The position numbers and the translations under genes are program-made. DNA of 20,000 bases from Psammoneis japonica. Its lineage: Eukaryota. The stretch covers positions 357,694-377,693 of the forward strand of contig QPGO01000077.1 in assembly GCA_008632985.1 (NCBI GenBank), given 5' to 3'. Under the pieces are notes generated by a model. The model did not search any database and was not told the origin of the DNA. It saw only the letters and a list, made by a program, of their open reading frames with translations. Positions 8,361-17,608 of this stretch are shown here, piece after piece. Within the stretch, counting starts at the first letter, position 1, and every line of letters begins with the position of its first letter.

Positions 8361-11300
8361 ATGTCGAACGAAGTGGTAGAGAATGGTAAACAAAACGGAG
8401 AAGCAGCGGCGGCGGTTCAGCCAATACTAGGCATGGAGGGAACTCCCGCTGAAGCTCCTGCTCAGTCAAAACCCAAACCTACTTTTGCTCGTTCCGACAC
8501 AGCAGACACGTTGGAATCTTCGGAAGATGTGGACGAAGAAGAAGCGCTGCTTGTTTCCATCGAAAAGCAACAGGAAAAAGAAGACGCAGAGGAAGCGGCA
8601 CACCCACACCCTCAACCCAAAGACATTGCATCTGCACCGAAATTGCTGCAGGACATGCTGAAAAAGGGAGAAGTAAAGGCGGACGAGTCAGAAGAAGAGT
8701 CAGAAAAGGAAGAGAAAGCGTCGAAAGAGGCCGCAGTAGCGAAAAAAGGAACTGAAGAAGAGAAAAAGGGCGAGGAAGGGGAGGCACCTCCGTCTCCCGT
8801 GCGACACTACCATACGAGGGTAGGTGGTATCTTTTGTCATTGTTTTGGATCCATATGTCGTGCTCGAAAGGTTGCAGTGCTTTGTTTGGTGCTGTATTGT
8901 GCTCAGACAGGTCTTAATGAGACAAGTTGAGGGTATACAGTGAGAATGTCGAAGAAGCGGTTCTCCTGCGCTGTTTTTCGATTTTCCCGCTTTTTTTTGT
9001 TCCCTCACGTCTCGCCCACGCGTCTTTCTTACGATTTTTAAATTTCCCTCTTGTACACAGAGAAGTCAACTGGACGAGCTACTCAAAAAGGCTTCTCAGT
9101 ACTCTGGTTTCATCTCCAGAGACTTGGAAGAGCTTCAAGAGTCCTTGACGCAAACCGCAAAGAAAAAAGTAAAGTCAGCCGAAAAGAGCAGAAAGCGCAA
9201 GGCAAAGGCCGGGGGCTCTTCCAAGAAGAAATCGAAAAAGAATGACGGTGAGGCTGCTCTCAAGTCTGCGCAAGAGAAGCACGCCTCCGAAATGCTTCAT
9301 GCAGGTTCGAAACCGATCTTTGTCCAGCCACCCAACTTGGCTGCCGGCTGTGTCCTCAAGGACTATCAGCTGGAGGGTGTGCGCTGGCTCACCTCCTTGT
9401 TTGAGAACGGCGTATCTGGTATCCTTGCGGATGAAATGGGACTCGGTAAGAGAAGTTGGCCCAATTTCACCTACAGCGGATATTATTGTTTTGCGCAAGA
9501 GTGAATGAGTTGCTAACAAACGTCTCTTTTCTGTTCCACTACTGCTGCTATTTTTCATTAGGAAAAACTATCCAGGTTATTGCATTGATTGCGCATCTCT
9601 TGACCAAGAACGTTGCGGGGCCGTTTCTCATTGTTGCTCCTCTTGCTACCCTTCCTAATTGGGTGCGCGAGTTCCAGAAATGGCTTCCGCAGAGACCCGT
9701 TCTACGCTATCACGGCAGTGCTACCGACCGCGATGCTATGCTCAAGGGCATGATGCATCCAAAGCAACGAAAGCTCCCGACCTTTCCCTTTATTGTGACC
9801 TCGTACGAAGTAGCCATTCGAGATCAGTCCAAGCTGGAAAAGTTGAACGAATACACCTATCTCATTGTCGACGAAGGGCAGCGCCTCAAGAATCACCGTT
9901 GTACGCTGCTTGCGTCGCTAAAGCGGCTCAAGGCGAATAACCGTTTGTTGCTCAGCGGAACCCCCATCCAGAACAACTTGGACGAATTGTGGAGTCTTCT
10001 CAACTTTGTAAATCCCGATATCTTTGACGACCTTAAGGTTTTCCAGAGTTGGTTTGGTTTCAAGGATATTGGACAGATTGACAAGGGAGGTACTAAAGAA
10101 GAGGCAATCATGATGGAACAGCGCAAGAACGACACTGTCTCCAAGCTTCACGAGATTCTTCGTCCGTTCCTTCTACGACGCATCAAGAGCAATGTGCTCT
10201 CCGAGTTGCCTCCAAAGAAGGAGGTTGTGGTTTACTCGGGCATGTCCAAGTTGCAGTCCGGGTATGCGGATCTTATTGAGAAGGGTGTTCTGAGGGATAC
10301 CCTCATTAGCCAAGGTATCGAACAGGGTCGTACATTGAGCCAGACAAACAAGCAGATGAATCACCGCAAGAATGTCAACCACCCCTTTTTGTTCGGAGAA
10401 CCCATTGACCCGGCCACTGGAGCGCACCTTGGAACCGCCCACCCGCAGCTTCTCGTCCGTGCCAGCGGCAAGTTTGCTCTGCTTGATCGAATGCTTGATC
10501 GGTTGCACCGTGACAAGCACCAAGTTCTTATCTTCAGCCAAATGACATCGCTGCTGAATGTAATTGAAGACTACTTGCTCTATAGGAAGTGGAGGTACTG
10601 CCGCATTGACGGTTCAACCAACATTGATGACCGTCAGAGTCAGATGGACAGGTTTAACGCGGAGCAGACGGCAGGCAAGGACGGAACTAGGAATGATAGC
10701 GATGACCGCTGTTTTGTGTTTTTGCTCAGCACCAGGGCTGGTGGTCTCGGAATCAACTTGGTAAGTCATCATGGTTGGGAGCTTTATGCATTCAGCTGCT
10801 CTAGAATGGAGAGTCTCTCACCTCGTTACCATATGTCTGTTGACTGAAGGCAACGGCCGATACGTGCATCATTTTTGATAGGTACGTCGAGATTGTACAG
10901 TACTCCATTGACAGTTGACCAGACGTTTTCTTGTTCTCTCAACTCTTTCTATTGTTGTCCTTTCTTCTTCCTGCGACAGCGACTGGAATCCGCACCAGGA
11001 TTCGCAGGCAATGGACAGGTGCCATCGAATTGGCCAGACTCGCCCAGTTGCAGTGTATCGCCTACTCACAGCGGGTTCTGTCGACATTGAAATGATGGAG
11101 AAGCAGATCTCGAAAAAGAAGCTCGAGCGCATGACCATCACGGGAGGCGACTTTAGAAAGGCAGGCAGCCGCTCGGTTGGAGAAAAGATCTCGTCCAACG
11201 AGCTGAACAAGCTCTTGGAAGACGATATTAAGGATATTCACGCCAAGGGGGCGGATATTGAAAGTATCAAGATCAACGAAGACGAGTTCGATATGATTAT

Positions 11301-11412
11301 GGATCGTGAGAAGTTGTTCGCGACGGGTGCGGATGCCATCAAGACCGAGGGCAAAATGTACGATGTTCTAGACGCTGCCAGCGGGGACCTTCTCGGAGGT
11401 GTGAATGCTTGA
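8361..11412 (+). CDS. HELLS: SNF2-family chromatin remodelling ATPase, LSH/HELLS/DDM1-like (~835 aa, 5 exons)
   Basis: Exons 8361-8819, 9061-9445, 9562-10760, 10850-10881 and 10980-11412; all introns are GT-AG with consistent phases. Motifs: [16 protein letters not shown] (DDM1-like N-terminal helix), [122 protein letters not shown]. No bromo, chromo or SANT domain is visible. Confidence 0.88.
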
Positions 11413-11503
11413 GTGATGATGCGATGAGCGCCTTGAGTTGGGTGCATCGGTTTTGTTATGAAGTTCGTGGAAAAGAGTTATTAGAGATGACACCGTCTTC
11501 TTG

Positions 11504-12185
11504 AAGAGACAGTGGACGACTCTCACCGACCACGATACAAGTAAAGTAGACTTATGGTATTTTGATCCTTTTGCTTGCACGAATTGTGATCAGTATAGAA
11601 TATCTAGCTGTGCAACACTAAAATTGACTATCAAAGTTCTTCATTCGAATACACAGCACCTCCCCCGTTCGTTCCCTCTGGAGGATGGCTTATGAGCAGT
11701 TCATCATACGTCCCTTGTCGTGCATCTTCCGTCTCTTCAATCGTTACATGATCTGGCTCGTGCCCGTTCAAGTACCTGCTCCAAACAAGCTCGAGTCCAG
11801 TCTGAAAGTTCTTGACATATCGCGGAACGTCCCAATAGGGGTGCAAGAGACAGTGGACGACTCTCACCGACCACGATACAAGTAAAGTAGACTTATGGTA
11901 TTTTGATCCTTTTGCTTGCACGAATTGTGATCAGTATAGAATATCTAGCTGTGCAACACTAAAATTGACTATCAAAGTTCTTCATTCGAATACACAGCAC
12001 CTCCCCCGTTCGTTCCCTCTGGAGGATGGCTTATGAGCAGTTCATCATACGTCCCTTGTCGTGCATCTTCCGTCTCTTCAATCGTTACATGATCTGGCTC
12101 GTGCCCGTTCAAGTACCTGCTCCAAACAAGCTCGAGTCCAGTCTGAAAGTTCTTGACATATCGCGGAACGTCCCAATAGGGGTGC
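11504..12185. repeat. Direct tandem duplication, 2 x 341 bp (11504-11844 and 11845-12185)
   Basis: The sequence starting AAGAGACAGTGGACGAC and ending CCAATAGGGGTGC occurs twice head-to-tail and looks identical by eye. The ORF track shows the same ...YSNEEL terminus at 11631 and 11972 (offset 341). Confidence 0.97.
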
Positions 12186-14458
12186 ATGGGGTTTCGCTGT
12201 AGACACGAGTCGATGAGTTTCTTTCGGATTGACTCGAGCATGGTTGCATTCTTCCCGAGAGCAATGGCAATGTCTTCGTATTGTTGTGGTCCATTGTACG
12301 CATTCAATTCTTCAAGTCCCAAAACCATGTTGGACGACGTTGTGACACGAGAGCACATGTCATCACCGTCACTACGAGTCACAATGGGCACACCGGCATA
12401 CAAGGAATCTTGAGCGACAGTGTGGCCATTGTATGGGTACGAGTCGAGCATGACATTGCAAAAGTCGTGATTCCTCATTTGATGGTCAAATGGGTTTCGT
12501 TGCCACGGGAGAAAATGTATGCGAGAATTCAATTCGTTTCCGTCTCCTTCCACAAAGCTGTCTTCATCGTTATTGTTTTCGGACGTACCCGCAGCCTCGT
12601 GAATAAATTTGCGGAGATATGGTACGCCCTCTTTGGGATTTTCCAAGAGACAAATCATGCTGTCGGGAACTTCTCTCAGGATTCGAATCCAACTCCGGAC
12701 AGTTTCAGGATTATTCTTGAGGAACTTGTTGAAATTGCAGTAGACAATGGATGGCTTCTCGGGACCCACCCCTGGCTTTGCCATGCATCGATTCGCTTGT
12801 GGACTGCCAGTCCCCAACTTGTACGGAGTCTCTGCTGGGGTATAGTCAAAAGTCGGTGCTTTCACCTCGTCCTGAATAGCGTGGCCTTTTGAAAAAAAGT
12901 GATTCGGCATGTAGATAAACTTCTCCGTGTACAAGTTCTCTAGTTCTGGAGGAGACGCAATCTTGTCTGTAAAAATGTAATCCAGATACTGAGCACCATA
13001 AGTGCCGAGAAACTCTTGGTGCAAGATTTGTATAGGCGCCGGTCGCAGAGCAAACAGTCCCTGCGCTCGCTCACCCTGACGAGCATAGCCATCCCATTCA
13101 ATCAAAATGTGGATCCCAGTATCGTGGATCCTTCGTGCCAAGGCCACATGATCAAGCTTGAGTTTTTGCACATCGTGAAAGTAGTCCACGTTGGACTTGA
13201 CTCGCTCTCTCCAATCCACTCCCCGCATTCCGTGTTGAATAAACACGGGCGAATCGGCTGGACCCATGGAGAAAATATGAACCTCATACTTGTTCTTGTC
13301 AAAAAATCGAAACATGTCGTGCGACAAGTACAAGACCGCCTTGGAATTAAAGCCGGATGCGACAAAACCAATCTTGAGCTTAAAGTCGGGCTTTTGCGCC
13401 TCACGAAAGAATCGTTTGAAATCCGCGTCATTGTCATTGCCGTAGGGAAGTCCAGGTGGCAGGGGCTTTAATTTCATGGTTTCCTGATCGATTCTGGCCA
13501 GCTTTTCATCCAGATACGCCGTACCCTCGGTTACGTAACGTTTCAGAATGGATTCAATCGGATAGCCCAGCATCATGTGTGGGTGAGTCGAGGTGCCCCG
13601 TTCCCAATGAAAGGTGCCTAATTTTTTGTTCACTGTTCGATACTCGGCTACTTCCTCTTTGGCAATTCGTACAATACGCTCCATGTCTTGATCAAACTGT
13701 GTCCCGTTGAAACCCCAATCAATAATCATGGTTCGGCAATAGACAGCATTCGAACACGAGGGATAGAGTTTTTGGCCCGATTTGAGACAACTCAATTCAA
13801 ACACATCAGCACAATCTTCGTATTTGCGGTCACTGAAAAATTTGCTTCCCAAGGCGTACAATTCTTCCGGCGTCATGTTTTCAATTTCGCGACTGGCGGA
13901 CGGCTTGTTTTTTGATGAGGTTGTTGTGGTTGTTTGACTCGGAGACGCATCTTTCTTTGTAAGTTCGTCAAGACCAAGTGTCTGTTGGAGCAGCAGTGCG
14001 TCTGGATGATTCGGATCGACAGCCAGAGCTTGTTTCAGATACATTTTACCCATATCCATTTGACCTCTCCCGACACTCTCGGTTGCAACATAGACAAAGG
14101 CATCCGCCATTTTATCCTGAACAGCAAAACACTGAACAAAGGGTTGAAAGGCTTGCTCCACACTGTATGCATTTCCAGATGACGCATGCATCAGAACGGC
14201 ACGCCAATAGTGCATGGCAGCTCTGTCATACTCTTTTAATCCAAAGAGTCGCTGACCCTCTGCGAGATTGGCCTTGCCATCGGTGTTTGGCACGGTCGTT
14301 TCAAAATTCAATTCCACGACGGAATTGACAGAAGCAAAGATCGAGACACATAGCATAAGAAATATTATTAGTTTTGAATGCAGCCGCCTCTGTGGTTGTC
14401 GGCTCAAGCAAAGCGACGCCATGTCGGAAAGCGGCAAAGGAGACATCCGTCTCATCAT
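11972..14458 (-). CDS. TPR-containing glycosyltransferase family 41 (OGT/SEC/SPY-like) protein with N-terminal signal peptide/anchor
   Basis: Single 828-aa ORF. TPR-like helices (ANLAEGQRLFGLKEYDRAAMHYWRA; YLKQALAVDPNHPDA). GT41 motifs: HPHM, LKIGFVASGF, IHDTGIHILIEWDGY, LFALRPAPIQI, LDYIFTD, YTEKFIYMP, YCNFNKFLK, DSYPYNGHT...DSLYAGVPIVT, SRVTTS. The exact start Met (1, 2, 5 or 13) is uncertain. Confidence 0.88.
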   Translation of the reverse strand: MMRRMSPLPLSDMASLCLSRQPQRRLHSKLIIFLMLCVSIFASVNSVVELNFETTVPNTDGKANLAEGQRLFGLKEYDRAAMHYWRAVLMHASSGNAYSVEQAFQPFVQCFAVQDKMADAFVYVATESVGRGQMDMGKMYLKQALAVDPNHPDALLLQQTLGLDELTKKDASPSQTTTTTSSKNKPSASREIENMTPEELYALGSKFFSDRKYEDCADVFELSCLKSGQKLYPSCSNAVYCRTMIIDWGFNGTQFDQDMERIVRIAKEEVAEYRTVNKKLGTFHWERGTSTHPHMMLGYPIESILKRYVTEGTAYLDEKLARIDQETMKLKPLPPGLPYGNDNDADFKRFFREAQKPDFKLKIGFVASGFNSKAVLYLSHDMFRFFDKNKYEVHIFSMGPADSPVFIQHGMRGVDWRERVKSNVDYFHDVQKLKLDHVALARRIHDTGIHILIEWDGYARQGERAQGLFALRPAPIQILHQEFLGTYGAQYLDYIFTDKIASPPELENLYTEKFIYMPNHFFSKGHAIQDEVKAPTFDYTPAETPYKLGTGSPQANRCMAKPGVGPEKPSIVYCNFNKFLKNNPETVRSWIRILREVPDSMICLLENPKEGVPYLRKFIHEAAGTSENNNDEDSFVEGDGNELNSRIHFLPWQRNPFDHQMRNHDFCNVMLDSYPYNGHTVAQDSLYAGVPIVTRSDGDDMCSRVTTSSNMVLGLEELNAYNGPQQYEDIAIALGKNATMLESIRKKLIDSCLQRNPMHPYWDVPRYVKNFQTGLELVWSRYLNGHEPDHVTIEETEDARQGTYDELLISHPPEGTNGGGAVYSNEEL

Positions 14459-14708
14459 TGTTTGCGAAATTTTTGATGGATGTCTACTCGTCTCAAAATG
14501 TCTCGCGCGATCATTTGCATTGCGCGCTCATCGAAGCAGTCTGTCTGCTTGCCAGCCGTCTATCTCTCACCGCAACCATCGATGCGTCAACCAATGGCTG
14601 TTTGGCGGTTGTGCTTTTTGCTCACTTTCTCCGGCTCGCTCCTCGTTTTGCAGCAATCGTTGCATCGACAAGCAGCTTAGACCTTAAACGTCGTAAATCA
14701 ACATCACG

Positions 14709-16097
14709 ATGAAGGTTAAGGCTCTCTCTCGTTCGATTGCGTCCACAGAACGAGAATGTTCCGGTGATTTACGCCGTCAATTTCGAAATCTAGATCCAAC
14801 GTCCCATCCCATGCAACGCGCTCGAGAGTACACTCGCGCCGTCACGGGTGCCAAATTGGAACGCATGTTTGCCAAGCCATTCGTGGGGACGCTGGGAGAG
14901 GGACACATGGATGCTGTCACAGCGTCGGCCACGTCACGTCGTGCCTTGGTGCCGCTTGTGAGTGGATCGGCCGATGGGGAGATTCGATTGTGGGATTTGG
15001 CGAGCCGCAAACGAGTGGCGACACTGACGGGAGAACATTCGCGTGTCGTGACGGGGCTTGTGTTTGGATTGGACGGGCAAGAATTTTATAGTTGTAGTGA
15101 TGATGGGCTTGTCAAGTTGTGGACAACGAATGCTAGAGCAACTAGCGGCAATAGTATCGCTGACGCTGCTGCTTCCTCTCAACATGGTCCGTTGGAAACG
15201 TGGAGAACACCGGGATCGTTTAAATCGATTGATCATCACTGGCACGAGGAGCAGTTTGCGACTGCTTCTGATGAAAGCGTCAATATTTGGAGTCCTGAAC
15301 GGAGCTCGCCTATTCAACGACACGTTGATTTGTGGGGAAGCCACGACACTGTAAATGTTGTGCGATACAATCCAGCCGAGCGAAACTTGTTGGCCCACTG
15401 TTCTGCCGATCGTGGCATTGGATTGCATGATGTCCGAGCAGGAGCCGCACTCAAAAAGACTGTGCTTCAAATGAGATCCAACTGTTTGGAATGGAATCCC
15501 ATGGAACCAATGAACTTTGTGGTGGGAAACGAAGACTACAATGCTTATACCTTTGATATGCGAAAGCTCGATCAACCAACACGAATCTACAAGGGCCACA
15601 TGAGTGCCGTCATGAGCGTGGGATGGTCTCCAACAGGACGTGAGTTTGTGACTGGCAGTTATGACAGGACGATTCGCATATTTTCCACAAAGGGCGGAGG
15701 TACGGCTCGGGATATTTACCACACGAAACGTATGCAACGTGTCTTTACGGTTCATTACACGGCAGATCACAAGTACATTGTTTCAGGAAGTGACGACACA
15801 AACTTGCGACTCTGGAAGGCAACCGCATCAGACCAGATTGGACAATTAACATCTCGAGAGGAGGCTGCACTGCGATACCGCCAGACCTTGGTGAAAAAGT
15901 ATCAACACTTGCCCGAAGTCAAGCGTATTAGCAAATCCCGCAAAATTCCCAAAATTATCAAGAAACAGACCGCCATTGTTCAAATACAAAAGGCAAGCTC
16001 GGATCGAAAACAATCCAATCGTATCAAGCATTCCAAGCCGGGGACGGTTGAGTTTCAAAGCGAGCGAAAGAAAACTGTTGTCAAGCAAGTGGATTGA
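14709..16097 (+). CDS. DCAF13: DDB1- and CUL4-associated factor 13 / Sof1 (WD40 SSU-processome protein)
   Basis: 462-aa ORF: MKVKALSRS, RNLDPTSHPMQRAREYTRAVTGAKLERMFAKPF, WD40 repeats, WNPMEPMNFVVGNED, SPTGREFVTGSYDRTIRIF, YHTKRMQRVF, SGSDDTNLRLWKA and a basic Sof1 tail. Confidence 0.96.
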   Translation: MKVKALSRSIASTERECSGDLRRQFRNLDPTSHPMQRAREYTRAVTGAKLERMFAKPFVGTLGEGHMDAVTASATSRRALVPLVSGSADGEIRLWDLASRKRVATLTGEHSRVVTGLVFGLDGQEFYSCSDDGLVKLWTTNARATSGNSIADAAASSQHGPLETWRTPGSFKSIDHHWHEEQFATASDESVNIWSPERSSPIQRHVDLWGSHDTVNVVRYNPAERNLLAHCSADRGIGLHDVRAGAALKKTVLQMRSNCLEWNPMEPMNFVVGNEDYNAYTFDMRKLDQPTRIYKGHMSAVMSVGWSPTGREFVTGSYDRTIRIFSTKGGGTARDIYHTKRMQRVFTVHYTADHKYIVSGSDDTNLRLWKATASDQIGQLTSREEAALRYRQTLVKKYQHLPEVKRISKSRKIPKIIKKQTAIVQIQKASSDRKQSNRIKHSKPGTVEFQSERKKTVVKQVD

Positions 16098-16101
16098 AAC
16101 A

Positions 16102-16119
16102 TGTGTGTGTGTGTGTGTG
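16102..16119. repeat. (TG)9 microsatellite
   Basis: TGTGTGTGTGTGTGTGTG starting just after the DCAF13 stop codon. Confidence 0.9.
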
Positions 16120-16798
16120 CGTGTTTCGCATTTTCGAGTATGTATTTCAAAGAGTAAATCATAATGCACTCTCGGTATTCTAAGAGTATTGTTAGGAAAT
16201 TGGTTTGTAAACGAAGGAATCGCAGGCAAGCACAAAGCAAGCACGCAATCGCATGCATGCCTGTACCTATGCATCGTGCGTACTGTACAAAACAATATAC
16301 AGCACAAATTCCTGATACAGCCATGGTGTGAGAAGCAAGAGTACACCTAAAGGCTTGGAATTTGCCTCCGTAGGGTTCAAAGGGTGTCCCACACGTCGTT
16401 GGGAATGACTGCTGTGGCCATATTATTTGGTGCAGTGCTGCTGTTCTTCAAAAAGGTTTTGTACCGTTAACAAATATTGATACCGGTAAGTCTAGTGAAG
16501 ATCAACGTCGGAAAAGACGGCTTTGGCCGAGGGCCGCCGCTAGTAGATATCTATATATTACACCAAATGCCTATCTCCTAAGGTTCCATGTAAATGAATG
16601 CCAACAATGTCTTCTTCTGTTCCTTGTCGCAAAATATGGATGCGTGAAACATGTACCGATACTGTGTTCTTCTCTCTTCTTCTTTGGGATCCTTGCTAAT
16701 TTGTGCATGTATGTACTTGCCGTCTTTTACGCTTCTTGCTCCTCACGAACATAGTCCTTCGTCTGCGACTATTGCCAGTCCCTGGATCATTCTATCTC

Positions 16799-17299
16799 TT
16801 ATTCCCTGCTCCAGTTGTCTTTGCTTGGATTGCCGTGGCCACACGTCTCTGCAACAATCAGATCGCCAACTGATGCAGTTTGGCCCTGCCACACAAGGCA
16901 CATGTCGGTGTCAATCACCCTAATGACGATACCATCGTACTCGAGCTTCTGGAGAGGATTGGATGAGTCGCACTCCTGGAGACGGACCGTCTTTCCCTCT
17001 TCTAGAGGCCATGAAAGACCGGCCTGGATGCAGTAATCGTCGTCGAGTTCACTCTCAAACAGGCCATTACTACGCATCCGGAACCCGGTACATCCTGTTC
17101 CCAGGGCGAGCTTGGGTCTGCAGTTGCACACCGATGCCTGAACGCCGAGGCAGAGACCATCGGCATCATCGTTTCCGAAGTGTGTGTAGGAAGAACCTAA
17201 TTTCCGTAAACCACCATGCGTGTCGTCGAGCACTTTCCATCCACCTTGGACAAGAGGAATGGCGACAAGCGAGAATAACGCATGCACGGAGAGCTTCAT
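16799..17299 (-). CDS. Small secreted Cys-containing protein, ricin-B (beta-trefoil) lectin-like, 166 aa
   Basis: ATG at 17299; signal peptide MKLSVHALFSLVAIPLVQG; LRKL motif; three subdomains with the ricin-B-like pattern C-hydrophobic...C (GLCLGV..GTGC; DYCIQA..VRLQECDSSNPLQKL; DMCLVW..IVAETC..DNW). Confidence 0.7.
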   Translation of the reverse strand: MKLSVHALFSLVAIPLVQGGWKVLDDTHGGLRKLGSSYTHFGNDDADGLCLGVQASVCNCRPKLALGTGCTGFRMRSNGLFESELDDDYCIQAGLSWPLEEGKTVRLQECDSSNPLQKLEYDGIVIRVIDTDMCLVWQGQTASVGDLIVAETCGHGNPSKDNWSRE

Positions 17300-17608
17300 C
17301 GTTGTTACAGTGAAAAGATGTTGTTTGTCGATTGATTGAGATGCTTCAATATATGAGTTGGAAAAATGACATTCATTTTTTTGGAAGCCCATCACTGCAA
17401 GTCTCCGCTCTGCTCGCAGAAAGAGACATTCTTACATATGACACGATTGATTTGTTATGCGAGCCTTTCCAAGGCAATATAATCGGGGGCCCTTGCGATT
17501 CGGGGTCGCGCTTTCGGTCGGATGCGTCTATTGAGAACATCAATCGTGTCGCTTGAAAGGTCCTTCTCCGCGATGCTGAATCGTGAAAGAAAGTTCTTAC
17601 GATTGGAT

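Noticed and set aside
11631..11921. 96-aa ORF ending YSNEEL as a separate gene
   Set aside because: It is a chimera produced by the 341-bp duplication (3' UTR joined to the duplicated C-terminus).
14934..15770. 278-aa antisense ORF, and similar shadow ORFs at 12281-12892 and 635-1120
   Set aside because: They lie wholly or partly opposite well-supported genes and have no recognisable motifs.
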